Positions 1 through 8,960 are shown, counted from the stretch's first letter. The stretch: 26,884 bases of DNA from a virus (IMGVR_UViG_3300044268_006045:1-26884); one strand, 5' to 3'. Made by a program: numbers and translations. The notes: generated from the sequence alone by a model not told the origin.

Positions 1-534
1 AAATATTGCGAAAATCATGGTGTGATAGTTTTTTTAGATGAAGTTTATGTAGGCTGGGAGGTAGAAAGCTACTTGCCAAACCTTTGCAATCACGAAAATC
101 TTATAATATCCAGGAGCTTTTCAAAGATAGGATTTCCTTCGATAAAGTCAGGGTGGATCGTAACTAGCACTAAATTAAAAAAACAACTTGAGATAACAAG
201 AGATTCTTACGAGTTAGATTATTTTGGATGCAAGTCAGTTGAATTCCTAATAAAAAATGAAAAGTACATTAACGAATTAAAGAAAAAGCTTTTGTCAACA
301 AAGGCACGATGGCTTAAAAATCTTTCTAAGAGCAAAAAAATAAAAGTGTACGACTCTAAAAACTACGTTCTAAGAATTTACAGCGAAGACGAAAATTTAA
401 TTAAAAGTATATACGATGATTTATACTCACAAAAAATAGTAGTGGGTTTAGTAGATAAGGTAAATCTAGTCTTTAGTGTGATTAACGACAAGTATGTTGA
501 AAATATTGTTTTTGAAGCTGTGTGTCGAAATTAA
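1..534 (+). CDS. PLP-dependent aminotransferase class I/II (HisC/CobD-like), 5'-truncated by the window edge
   Basis: Frame is open from base 1 (KYCENHGVIVFLDEVY). DEVY matches the DEAY PLP-contacting motif, and SRSFSKIGFPSIKSGW matches the RTFSKxxGLxGxRxGY Schiff-base Lys motif. Confidence 0.8.
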   Translation, partial: KYCENHGVIVFLDEVYVGWEVESYLPNLCNHENLIISRSFSKIGFPSIKSGWIVTSTKLKKQLEITRDSYELDYFGCKSVEFLIKNEKYINELKKKLLSTKARWLKNLSKSKKIKVYDSKNYVLRIYSEDENLIKSIYDDLYSQKIVVGLVDKVNLVFSVINDKYVENIVFEAVCRN

Positions 535-634
535 TTTTCAACAATACAAATGATTACTTTGAAATAAAATAAGCTAGGCTTACTATCTGTAGAAATTGAT
601 TTACAGATACAAATACCTGACTTAGAAAGTATCA

Positions 635-1279
635 ATGGATAAGATTAGTATTATATTGAGAAATAGAAATGAAGGTGAGTATATTGGGTTTGCAATTCAA
701 TCTTGCTTAGATCATTTTGACAAACCGGAGATTATTGTAGTAGACAATGGATCGTCTGATGATTCTTTGCAAACTGTAAATCTTTTTAAAGATCGGACCA
801 AGATTAAAGTAGTTTCAATTAATGATTATTCACCAGGCAAATCAATCAACCTAGGAGTTGAGTCCGCTTCTAATGATCTTATCTTAGTTCTTTCCGCTCA
901 CTCACAAATTACAAAAATGAATATTTCAAAAGTTATTGAAGCGCTTAAGGATAACGTAGCTATTTTTGGAAACCAGACGCCGATTTACAAAGGAAAGAAA
1001 ATTACAAAAAGGTACATTTGGAGTCACTTTAAAAACTCTATTATAAAAGACATGTACTCAGAAATAGAAGACAGACATTTTTTACATAATGCATTCTGTT
1101 TTTATGACAAGACTTTTTTAATGAGAAACCCTTTTGATGAAACACTTTCTGGTAAAGAAGACAGATATTGGGCGCGAGATATGATTAACCAGGGTTATCA
1201 CTTTCTGTATAATGGAAAAGATTTAATGTGCAATCACTATTGGACGACTAACGGCGCAACTTGGAAAGGAATGGGCTAA
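635..1279 (+). CDS. Glycosyltransferase family 2 (GT-A fold)
   Basis: N-terminal ISIILRNRNE, IIVVDNGSSD and GKSINLG motifs plus FDETLSGKED (catalytic ED-like). The DxD position reads LSAH. Confidence 0.85.
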   Translation: MDKISIILRNRNEGEYIGFAIQSCLDHFDKPEIIVVDNGSSDDSLQTVNLFKDRTKIKVVSINDYSPGKSINLGVESASNDLILVLSAHSQITKMNISKVIEALKDNVAIFGNQTPIYKGKKITKRYIWSHFKNSIIKDMYSEIEDRHFLHNAFCFYDKTFLMRNPFDETLSGKEDRYWARDMINQGYHFLYNGKDLMCNHYWTTNGATWKGMG

Positions 1280-1280
1280 A

Positions 1281-2162
1281 ATGTACACAATTGGAGTAAT
1301 TGGTAACGGATTTGTAGGATCAGCAGTTATTTCGGGTTTTTCTCTTCATTGTAAGAATATAAAAATATACGATGTCGATCCTCAGAGATCAACTCATTCT
1401 TTTGAAGATACCATCAGAAAATCTGACTTTGTCTTTGTATCTGTGCCTACACCTATGACAGGAGGATTAGGCGGCAAAATTGACTTAAGTATTTTAGATT
1501 CTGTGTTTGAAAAGATAAACAGCACAAGAGGATCTTCAAATCCTATTTTTATCTTAAAGTCAACGGTTGTCCCAGGGACAGTTGAGCGTCTAGTCAAGGA
1601 ATATCCTAAACTTAAAATAGTTTTTAGCCCAGAATTCTTAACTGAAAGATCGGCACGATTAGACTTTATCAATACTTCTAGAATTATTCTAGGTGGAAGC
1701 AAAGCAAATTGCAATAAAGTTGAGCTACTATTTAGAGAAAGATTTCCGTATACAAAAATTATTAAAACGGATGCTGCTGCAGCGCAGTTTATAAAATACA
1801 TGGCTAATTGCTTTTTTGCTGTTAAAGTTTCATTCATGAATGAAATGCGTCAAGGCGCAGATGTTTTAGGGTGTGACTGGAATGATGTGATGAATGGATT
1901 TGTGTCTGACGGTCGCGTTGGAAACTCACACTTAGACGTCCCTGGGCATGACGGAGATTATGGTTATGGGGGTAAATGCTTTCCAAAGGACATCAATGCT
2001 TTTATTTCGTTTTTTGAAGACATCGGCGTGAATCCTGAAGTTATGAAAGCTTCTTGGAATAAAAATCTAGAAGTCAGAAATAACCATGACTGGCTAAAGA
2101 TCAAAGGTGCTACTTCAGAAAACTCTAATTTTGTTGCAGAAGAATTCGAGATAGAAGAATGA
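1281..2162 (+). CDS. ugd: UDP-glucose/GDP-mannose 6-dehydrogenase family protein (short form)
   Basis: Rossmann GVIGNGFVG, then VSVPTP, KSTVVPG, SPEFL, KYMANCFFAVKVSFMNE and catalytic GYGGKCFPKD. Only 293 aa. Confidence 0.9.
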   Translation: MYTIGVIGNGFVGSAVISGFSLHCKNIKIYDVDPQRSTHSFEDTIRKSDFVFVSVPTPMTGGLGGKIDLSILDSVFEKINSTRGSSNPIFILKSTVVPGTVERLVKEYPKLKIVFSPEFLTERSARLDFINTSRIILGGSKANCNKVELLFRERFPYTKIIKTDAAAAQFIKYMANCFFAVKVSFMNEMRQGADVLGCDWNDVMNGFVSDGRVGNSHLDVPGHDGDYGYGGKCFPKDINAFISFFEDIGVNPEVMKASWNKNLEVRNNHDWLKIKGATSENSNFVAEEFEIEE

Positions 2163-2986
2163 CACTTTTCCCGACAGGCAAGCCTCATATTTCTTTTTCT
2201 GAGCTTTTTGCCTGGAAAGAGTGTCCTTATAGACACAAGCTTCTTCACATTGACAAGCTCGGGTCTTTTGACCCATCACCCTTTCTAGGTTTTGGAACCG
2301 GTGTTCATGCTTCTTGTGAAAATTACATTGAAACAAAGTCTTTAGACAAGTCTTACGCAATGAAAGAAATTGATGAATACTGGGACGAAAACCAAGAAGG
2401 CATCAATGAATACATTGAAAGCAATGGTTGGTGCAAGTATGATCCAGATCGAGACGCGTGGAAGAAAATGGCCTCTGACATTCTCGACGATGTACCCAGA
2501 TTCTTAGACGAGACCTTCCTTGAATGGAAAGGTGTAGAAGCAGAAGAACAGCTCTACGAATCAATCCAGAATGACGACATGTCCTTTAAAGGCTTTATTG
2601 ATGCAGTTATAATTTGCAAAAATAAAAGAGGTCAAAACAGGATCTGGCTACTGGATTGGAAAACAGCAGGATGGGGCTGGAGAAAAGAGAAAAAACAAGA
2701 CTTTAATTACCAGATGCAACTTCTGCTTTATAAACATTTTTGGGCTGAGAAACACAACATAGATCCCAAAGAAGTTAAGACAGGATTTATTCTGCTAAAA
2801 AGAGACGGTAAAAATGGAAAAAGATGTGAGTTGGTAGAAGTAGCAGGCTCACCAAAGAAAACTGATGAAGCTGTTAAGATAGTAAGGTCAATGCTTAATG
2901 CGGTAAGACGAGGCTTCTTTCCTAAGAATTTTAGCGCATGTCGATGGTGTGAGTTTAAAGGTACAGATCTCTGCACAGGATCTTAG
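2159..2986 (+). CDS. PD-(D/E)XK nuclease, Cas4/AddB-like, with predicted 4-Cys Fe-S cluster
   Basis: ISFSEL..ECP, GTGVH, GFIDAV, LLDWKT, QLLLY and C-terminal CRWCEFKGTDLC. ATGA overlap with ugd. Confidence 0.85.
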   Translation: MTLFPTGKPHISFSELFAWKECPYRHKLLHIDKLGSFDPSPFLGFGTGVHASCENYIETKSLDKSYAMKEIDEYWDENQEGINEYIESNGWCKYDPDRDAWKKMASDILDDVPRFLDETFLEWKGVEAEEQLYESIQNDDMSFKGFIDAVIICKNKRGQNRIWLLDWKTAGWGWRKEKKQDFNYQMQLLLYKHFWAEKHNIDPKEVKTGFILLKRDGKNGKRCELVEVAGSPKKTDEAVKIVRSMLNAVRRGFFPKNFSACRWCEFKGTDLCTGS

Positions 2987-3069
2987 GCTTCGCAAAATTT
3001 TATTAAATATTTTCATTTTGTTATTATTGCTTTAGCAGAGCTTTAATGCACAGCTTTATGTGAGTTAAT

Positions 3070-4326
3070 ATGAAAAAGAAAAAAATACTACTTTTAAGTG
3101 ATCATTTAATGAGTACTTCCGGAGTCGGAGTGCAATCTAGATATCTCATGAATGGATTAGTTGAAAAGGGTTGTTGGACAGTGCGCCAGCTTGGCGCAGC
3201 TATGAAGCATGAAAATCACGACGTTGTACAGCCCCATCCAGAGATTGTTATTAAGCCTATTGACGGGTTTGGAAATCCAACTATGCTTAAGCAGTTATTG
3301 GCGACTGAAAAGCCTGACGTTCTTTTTCTTTTTACTGATCCTAGGTTTTTCATATGGGTCTGGGAGATGGAAGACGAAATACATCAAATATGCCCGATAG
3401 CTTATTGGCATGTTTGGGACAATAAGCCTTGGCCTGATTTTAACAAAGTACTATACGAATCCACTGATTTGATTAACTGTCATTCCCACTTAACTTATGA
3501 ATTGGTCTCTGAAAGATTTCCGGAGAAGACAAATTTTATTCCTCACGCCCTTCCGGAAGATGTGTTTTTCCCATTGTCTGAAGAAAATATTAAAAAGCAA
3601 AAATCAGCCCTTTTAGGAGATGCAAGAGTAGATCACTTTACAGCTTTTTGGGTTAACAGAAACGCTAAAAGGAAGCGCCCTAACGATGTTTTAGTTTGCT
3701 GGAAAATGTTTTTGGACAAGCTTGAAAAAGAAGAAGGGCACAGAAATGCCACGCTAATTATGCACACTAATCCGACTGACCCAGAAGGGCCAAACTTATT
3801 GTCAACAATGGGAATGCTAGGGTTAAATGAGAACGTGTTTTTCTCAACGCAGTCAATTGATTTTAGTCAAATGAACGTCCTTCACAACATTGCAGACTTC
3901 TGTATTAATATTGCATTAAATGAAGGTTTTGGCCTTGCAACTTTAGAGTCCATGCAAGCAGGAAAGCCAATCATAGCCACCAAAACTGGAGGTTTAACAA
4001 GGCAGGTAGTAGATCACAGAGACGGATCTGAGAATGGCTTCGCGCTTGAGCCAGATGTTAAGTCTTTGGTCGGAAGCCAGATGGTTCCGTACATCTACGA
4101 AGACTACGTTCAAAATGAAAAAGTCTCCGATGCAATCTACAAGATGTACAAGCTAGGCCCTGAGGGCAGAAAAAACCTAGGTAATAAAGCTCGAAGCTAT
4201 GTACAGTCAGAATTTAACATTAAAGATACCATCGATCGTTGGCATGAAACACTTTGGGATCTTACTGAGAAGTGGCAAAAAGATCGAGATTCAATTTATA
4301 AGTCATGGGAACTAACGGAGTTTTAA
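3070..4326 (+). CDS. Glycosyltransferase, GT4-like (GT-B fold)
   Basis: ILLLSD..STSGVG N-terminal loop, NRNAKRK, and NEGFGLATLESMQAGKPII (E-x7-E motif). Confidence 0.88.
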   Translation: MKKKKILLLSDHLMSTSGVGVQSRYLMNGLVEKGCWTVRQLGAAMKHENHDVVQPHPEIVIKPIDGFGNPTMLKQLLATEKPDVLFLFTDPRFFIWVWEMEDEIHQICPIAYWHVWDNKPWPDFNKVLYESTDLINCHSHLTYELVSERFPEKTNFIPHALPEDVFFPLSEENIKKQKSALLGDARVDHFTAFWVNRNAKRKRPNDVLVCWKMFLDKLEKEEGHRNATLIMHTNPTDPEGPNLLSTMGMLGLNENVFFSTQSIDFSQMNVLHNIADFCINIALNEGFGLATLESMQAGKPIIATKTGGLTRQVVDHRDGSENGFALEPDVKSLVGSQMVPYIYEDYVQNEKVSDAIYKMYKLGPEGRKNLGNKARSYVQSEFNIKDTIDRWHETLWDLTEKWQKDRDSIYKSWELTEF

Positions 4327-4332
4327 TCAAAG

Positions 4333-5496
4333 ATGAAAAAAGTAGTAATTAGAGGTCCGCTTATAACTCAAAGCGGATACGGTGTTCATTCTCGACAAGT
4401 TGCAAGGTGGCTAATTGACAAGTCAAAGGACAGTAAGATTGATTTAGTATGCCAGTGCACAAACTGGGGCACAACTCCTTGGAAACTAGATGAAAATGCT
4501 GACAATGGTTTGATCGGCGACATCATGAATCATTCAAGAAATGTAAATCACAGATTTGATGTGTCTGTGCAAATTCAATTACCTAATGAGTGGGACACAA
4601 ATTTAGCTAGCTTCAATGTAGGCGTCACTGCAGGTGTAGAAACTGACGTATGCAACCCTGCGTGGATCGATGCAATAAATAAAATGAACCTAGTTATTGT
4701 TCCATCTGAGTTTACAAAAAAGACCTTTATGAATTCAGGTAATGTTACAACTCCTATAAAAGTAATTCCAGAATCTTTTATCGATGAAATACTTGAAGAA
4801 GATCTAGACGATCCTTTTAATTTTTCCACTAGTTTTAACTTCTTAATATTTGGCCAACTGACATCAACTAATTCTCAAGATGATAGAAAAAATATATTCA
4901 ACACTGTCAAGACAATTTGTGACACATTTAAAGATGATGATGATGTTGGGATAATATTAAAGACTAACGGTGGTAGAGGAACTAAAATAGATAGGCTTAA
5001 CATTAAGAACCAATTTAGCTCGCTGATACAACAAGTTAGAAAAGGCCCATTCCCAAAGATCAGTATTCTTCACGGTGATCTTTCACCAAAAGAAGTTGCT
5101 GCTCTTTACAAAAACAACAGCGTTAAGTGTTTGGTTTCTATGACTCGAGGTGAAGGGTATGGCCTACCTTTACTTGAAGCAGCTGCCTCAGGCTTGCCCA
5201 TCATCGCTACAGGTTGGTCAGGTCACACCGACTTCCTCAAAGGAGATGGTTATCTTAAGCTAAAGTATAGCCTTACCCCTGTTTCAAAGTCAAGAATTGA
5301 TAATAATATATTTGTCGATGGCGCGAAATGGGCTGATCCAGAAATTAAATCAGCTGTTGAAAACTTGACAAAATTTAGAAAATATCCATCTACCTATGAA
5401 AAAAGAGCGAAAGAAGCAGCTAAGAAAATAAGATCCAATTATTCTCACGTGTTCATATCCGACTTATATGAAAAAGAACTTGGTGAGATTTTATGA
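4333..5496 (+). CDS. Glycosyltransferase, GT4-like (GT-B fold)
   Basis: GPLITQSGYG, RKN, and RGEGYGLPLLEAAASGLPII (E-x7-E motif). Confidence 0.88.
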   Translation: MKKVVIRGPLITQSGYGVHSRQVARWLIDKSKDSKIDLVCQCTNWGTTPWKLDENADNGLIGDIMNHSRNVNHRFDVSVQIQLPNEWDTNLASFNVGVTAGVETDVCNPAWIDAINKMNLVIVPSEFTKKTFMNSGNVTTPIKVIPESFIDEILEEDLDDPFNFSTSFNFLIFGQLTSTNSQDDRKNIFNTVKTICDTFKDDDDVGIILKTNGGRGTKIDRLNIKNQFSSLIQQVRKGPFPKISILHGDLSPKEVAALYKNNSVKCLVSMTRGEGYGLPLLEAAASGLPIIATGWSGHTDFLKGDGYLKLKYSLTPVSKSRIDNNIFVDGAKWADPEIKSAVENLTKFRKYPSTYEKRAKEAAKKIRSNYSHVFISDLYEKELGEIL

Positions 5497-5783
5497 TCTA
5501 TATCATCGCATCTCTTGGCGTTATATGCACCGTTCAAGCTTACTATCTTTATCGTTTTGCCTCTACTATTCTTAAGACTGAGCAAGACATTGAAGTTTCT
5601 TTGGATGTCATAGATGACTCATATCAAAAAATAACATTGATTTTAGAAAAACCACTGTTTTATGATAGTGCAGAGGTCAGGCAGATTCTCATGCAGCTAA
5701 AAAATTCCCGAGGTGCTCTTCTTTATGTTGCAAATAGAATGTCAGGGAGCGATGATAATTTAGACGGAGAAGTTAATGCCTAA
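5493..5783 (+). CDS. Small hypothetical protein with N-terminal membrane anchor and helical/coiled-coil body
   Basis: Hydrophobic MIYIIASLGVICTVQAYYLY. Overlaps both neighbouring genes, suggesting translational coupling. Confidence 0.6.
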   Translation: MIYIIASLGVICTVQAYYLYRFASTILKTEQDIEVSLDVIDDSYQKITLILEKPLFYDSAEVRQILMQLKNSRGALLYVANRMSGSDDNLDGEVNA

Positions 5784-6516
5784 AAAAACTGTATCAACTA
5801 AGAAGAAAAAGACTAGAAAGAAAAGCAAGTTAAAGCAATATTTTCACGAAGGAACGCAGGCTGCAATTGAAAAATTTCAAGCAGAATCTTCACTTGAGAA
5901 AAAAGCAAAAATATACGAATCAGAAATTCTACCTGCTTTTGAAAAACTTTCTGAGAATTTAATTTTTATTCACAGGTTTACTAGTCTTCATTCTTCATAC
6001 GAAGATCTAAAAAATGATTGCATAACTTTTTTATATGAAGCTCTTTATAAGTTTGATGCCTCAAGAGGTACAAAAGCTTTTTCTTACTTCAATGTTGTTG
6101 CCAAAAACTTTCTGATTATCAAGTCAAAGCAAAGAACTAAATTCTTAAAAAGAAATATAAGCTTAGAAAACCCAGCTGCTTTTACTCAAGACGAAACTGT
6201 GTCTTTAAACAACCACAATTCTGTTCCTGCGCAAGAAGAAAGAATTATTCGGCAAGAAAAAAGAGATGTCATTTTAGAGATGATTGAGAAGATTGAGGGA
6301 ATTGTAAAGTCTGATAACGAAAAAGCCTGTATCTACGCCGTAAGAAAATTGTTTGAAGGCGCAGATGATTTAGAATTTTTAAACAAAAGAGCTATTTTTG
6401 TCTATTTAAGAGAGATGAGCGGATTAAATCCAAAACAGCTCACCACTACGATATCTTCACTTAAAAAGAAATATAATGAACTAAGAAAGCTTGAAGAGTT
6501 TGATGCCTTCCTCTAA
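5776..6516 (+). CDS. Phage RNA polymerase sigma factor-like protein (putative late sigma)
   Basis: YEDLKNDCITFLYEALYKFDASRGTKAFSYFNVVAKN resembles sigma-70/T4 gp55 region 2. C-terminal YLREMSGLNPKQLTTTISSLKK is HTH-like. GGAG lies upstream. Confidence 0.7.
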   Translation: MPKKTVSTKKKKTRKKSKLKQYFHEGTQAAIEKFQAESSLEKKAKIYESEILPAFEKLSENLIFIHRFTSLHSSYEDLKNDCITFLYEALYKFDASRGTKAFSYFNVVAKNFLIIKSKQRTKFLKRNISLENPAAFTQDETVSLNNHNSVPAQEERIIRQEKRDVILEMIEKIEGIVKSDNEKACIYAVRKLFEGADDLEFLNKRAIFVYLREMSGLNPKQLTTTISSLKKKYNELRKLEEFDAFL

Positions 6517-6832
6517 CGACAGCGACCCAAAATCCAAAGAAGAGCTTTGGCAAGAAATATACGGTAACGCGACACAAGATCGTGAGAAGGCAAGTATGCT
6601 AATAACAAATCTCTGGAAAGAAATAACGACAGATCCAGAGAAGCATGCACTCTACGGCACTACGATGACAAAGTATCTTGAAAGAATGTCCAAGTCAAAT
6701 GATCAGCTGGTAAAGCTTGCTGAGCTTATGAGCAAGACAGAAGAATTTGATGACAGCCCACCTGACCTAGACGATGTCTACGATAAAATTGAAGTCAGTG
6801 AGAAAGTTAAGATAAAGGCGGAGGGTGAATAG
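6503..6832 (+). CDS. Small helical phage hypothetical protein (ATG 6503 preferred over TTG 6491)
   Basis: Amphipathic helices (KYLERMSKSNDQLVKLAELM) and an acidic C-terminal segment. Overlaps the sigma-like gene and the next gene. Confidence 0.6.
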   Translation: MPSSNDSDPKSKEELWQEIYGNATQDREKASMLITNLWKEITTDPEKHALYGTTMTKYLERMSKSNDQLVKLAELMSKTEEFDDSPPDLDDVYDKIEVSEKVKIKAEGE

Positions 6833-8460
6833 TGATCAATGCTACATTCGACCGCGTTGTTGTTCGAGAAGTCATAGATAACCCGCAGAGGTTTATTGAC
6901 TTAAGAGAACAAGACCCAGACGCTTTTAAAAAAATATTTGAAAAATCAGGCCAGACACAAGATACACAACCGATTGTTGTCGATGGCGGTAGTTTTCAAA
7001 ACAGTAATGCTGAGCTAGCTTCTAATCCTGATGAAAATTTGGATAAAAATATTGGAAACCTAGCAGACCTTTCAATTGCAAACTTAAAAGCACTTCTTTC
7101 AGCGCCTCCAAACAGTATTGTTGGTGTAGTAGTAACGCCCGGATACGAACAAGATCAATCACCAAAAATTTATTATCCTTTCTTTCCGTCGCATCTTTCA
7201 CTTCCTGTGAAGCCAGGAGAGACTGTATGGGTTTTGGATCCTGCAGGTGATACAAGAATCGGTCCTACTTTTCAATCTACAAAAATTGCGCCTGAGTCTT
7301 TTGTTTCAGGTGAGACTATGAACAATGGTTACTGGCTTTCTAGAATACCGGGTGCTTCATATGTTGATGATGTTAACCACACCCATCTAGATCGTCAGAG
7401 AAGCATATATTACAGAGATTCGCAACTATCAAATAATCAACTTTCAAACTTTCCACCTGACTTTAGCAACGGTCCTTACACTGATGGTAGGTCTCCAAGT
7501 ATTAGATCTAAGAAATTTGACTTTAGTAACATCAGATTTAAAGCGCTTTCAAATGAAAATGTGACAAGAGAAGTTGTACCTGGCTTTACTAAGCGCCCTG
7601 GCGATCTTGTAATTCAAGGTTCAAATAATACGCTTATTAGTTTGGGTGAAGACCGCCCGGCTGCTGAATCAGGATCAAATACATCCTATAGGGAAAAGCA
7701 AAAACCAGGAATCAGATCTAATTCAAAAGAAGGCACAATCGACATAGTAGCCGGAAGAGGATTCTCACCCGAAGGATCTTCAAACAATCCTGTTCCTGTA
7801 AAGAATGTATTAGGTCATGAAGAAACCGAAAAAAGATCTTGGGCGAAAGATACCGCCAAAAAAAGAATAGTAAAAATTACCGAAGGTGACCCTGACCTTA
7901 TACACGATCTCTCCAGAATTTATGTATCTATGAAAACTAACGGAGATAAAAATTTTGGATTCGAAAATAAAGATCTTTTACCAAACCCAGGCGTTGCGCT
8001 TGATCCTGTTGATGGAAAACCTTACGTTGTCTTAAAGTCAAATGAAATCAGAATCTTGGCGCGCCAAACAAAGGACGGACAAGAAGTAAAAGAAAACGGA
8101 AGCATAAGAATCATCAAAGAGGGTGCAAGAGAAAATGGGCACTCTGTTGATCAAGCTGTGATAACTTTTCAGCCTGACGGAACAATAATGATTGACGGCC
8201 CAAAGATTGTCATAGGTTCAGGTAATGAAAAGGATAATGGCCAGGGTGACCAGGTTTTAATAGGCGGGTCTTCTGCAGATCAACCTATAGTATTAGGCAA
8301 CGAGCTAAAATCTTTAATGGAGAGTTTAATTACAGCTATCAAAGCAATTACCGTTCCGACAGGAACAGGGCCCTCAGGACCTCCGATAAACTCTGCACAA
8401 TTTAATGATGTTTCTTTGAAGCTTAAAAATATGCTTAGCAAGGTCGGGAAAACTAAGTAA
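6832..8460 (+). CDS. Baseplate central spike/hub protein (gp5/gpV-like)
   Basis: LPVKPGETVWV (OB-fold P-x-x-G-E-x-V), PGDLVIQGSNNTLISLG, beta-strand-rich C-terminal half and apex-like PIVLGNEL...TVPTGTGPSGPP. SD GGAGGG; lies two genes upstream of gp25. Confidence 0.6.
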   Translation: MINATFDRVVVREVIDNPQRFIDLREQDPDAFKKIFEKSGQTQDTQPIVVDGGSFQNSNAELASNPDENLDKNIGNLADLSIANLKALLSAPPNSIVGVVVTPGYEQDQSPKIYYPFFPSHLSLPVKPGETVWVLDPAGDTRIGPTFQSTKIAPESFVSGETMNNGYWLSRIPGASYVDDVNHTHLDRQRSIYYRDSQLSNNQLSNFPPDFSNGPYTDGRSPSIRSKKFDFSNIRFKALSNENVTREVVPGFTKRPGDLVIQGSNNTLISLGEDRPAAESGSNTSYREKQKPGIRSNSKEGTIDIVAGRGFSPEGSSNNPVPVKNVLGHEETEKRSWAKDTAKKRIVKITEGDPDLIHDLSRIYVSMKTNGDKNFGFENKDLLPNPGVALDPVDGKPYVVLKSNEIRILARQTKDGQEVKENGSIRIIKEGARENGHSVDQAVITFQPDGTIMIDGPKIVIGSGNEKDNGQGDQVLIGGSSADQPIVLGNELKSLMESLITAIKAITVPTGTGPSGPPINSAQFNDVSLKLKNMLSKVGKTK

Positions 8461-8945
8461 TGCCTTTAAGCAATCAAGTTCTTTTTAGTGAGTTTGAAAA
8501 GTTCATGAACGCAGAAAGTGCAAGCTTTAATAATTTTCCTGTCAGCCCTGTTGAGTTCGGGCAATTATTTAGCAGTGCTGTTGACAAATATGTTTCAACA
8601 ATTTTTCCTGCTGTGACTCCTGCAGCAAGAAGCCAAGGAAAAATCGCATTAAGTAGTGCATTAGCAGCTGTAGGGCCACCCCCGAAAGGATTACCGTTTA
8701 CCGAAACCATATCAGCGGCAATGGCTGCTTATTCAATTACCATTGCTGGAGGAATGCTTCCAGCTTTTGTCGGTGTTCCGCCAGTGCAACCCATAGGAAA
8801 TTTAATCCAGCCTGTCTTTGCTCTTGGTATGGCAAGTAGACCAAGCGCTGAGATTTTGAGTGCGATGTCTAAAATTATTCACAGTTGGTTTAAGACAGGT
8901 ACAGCAACGCCTTCAGGTGGGGGCTCACCAATTCCGTGGTCATAA
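8460..8945 (+). CDS. Hypothetical virion protein, possibly spike-associated
   Basis: TAATG overlap with the spike gene; Ala/Pro/Gly-rich; sits between spike and gp25. Confidence 0.5.
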   Translation: MPLSNQVLFSEFEKFMNAESASFNNFPVSPVEFGQLFSSAVDKYVSTIFPAVTPAARSQGKIALSSALAAVGPPPKGLPFTETISAAMAAYSITIAGGMLPAFVGVPPVQPIGNLIQPVFALGMASRPSAEILSAMSKIIHSWFKTGTATPSGGGSPIPWS

Positions 8946-8960
8946 AATATGTGATCTGGT

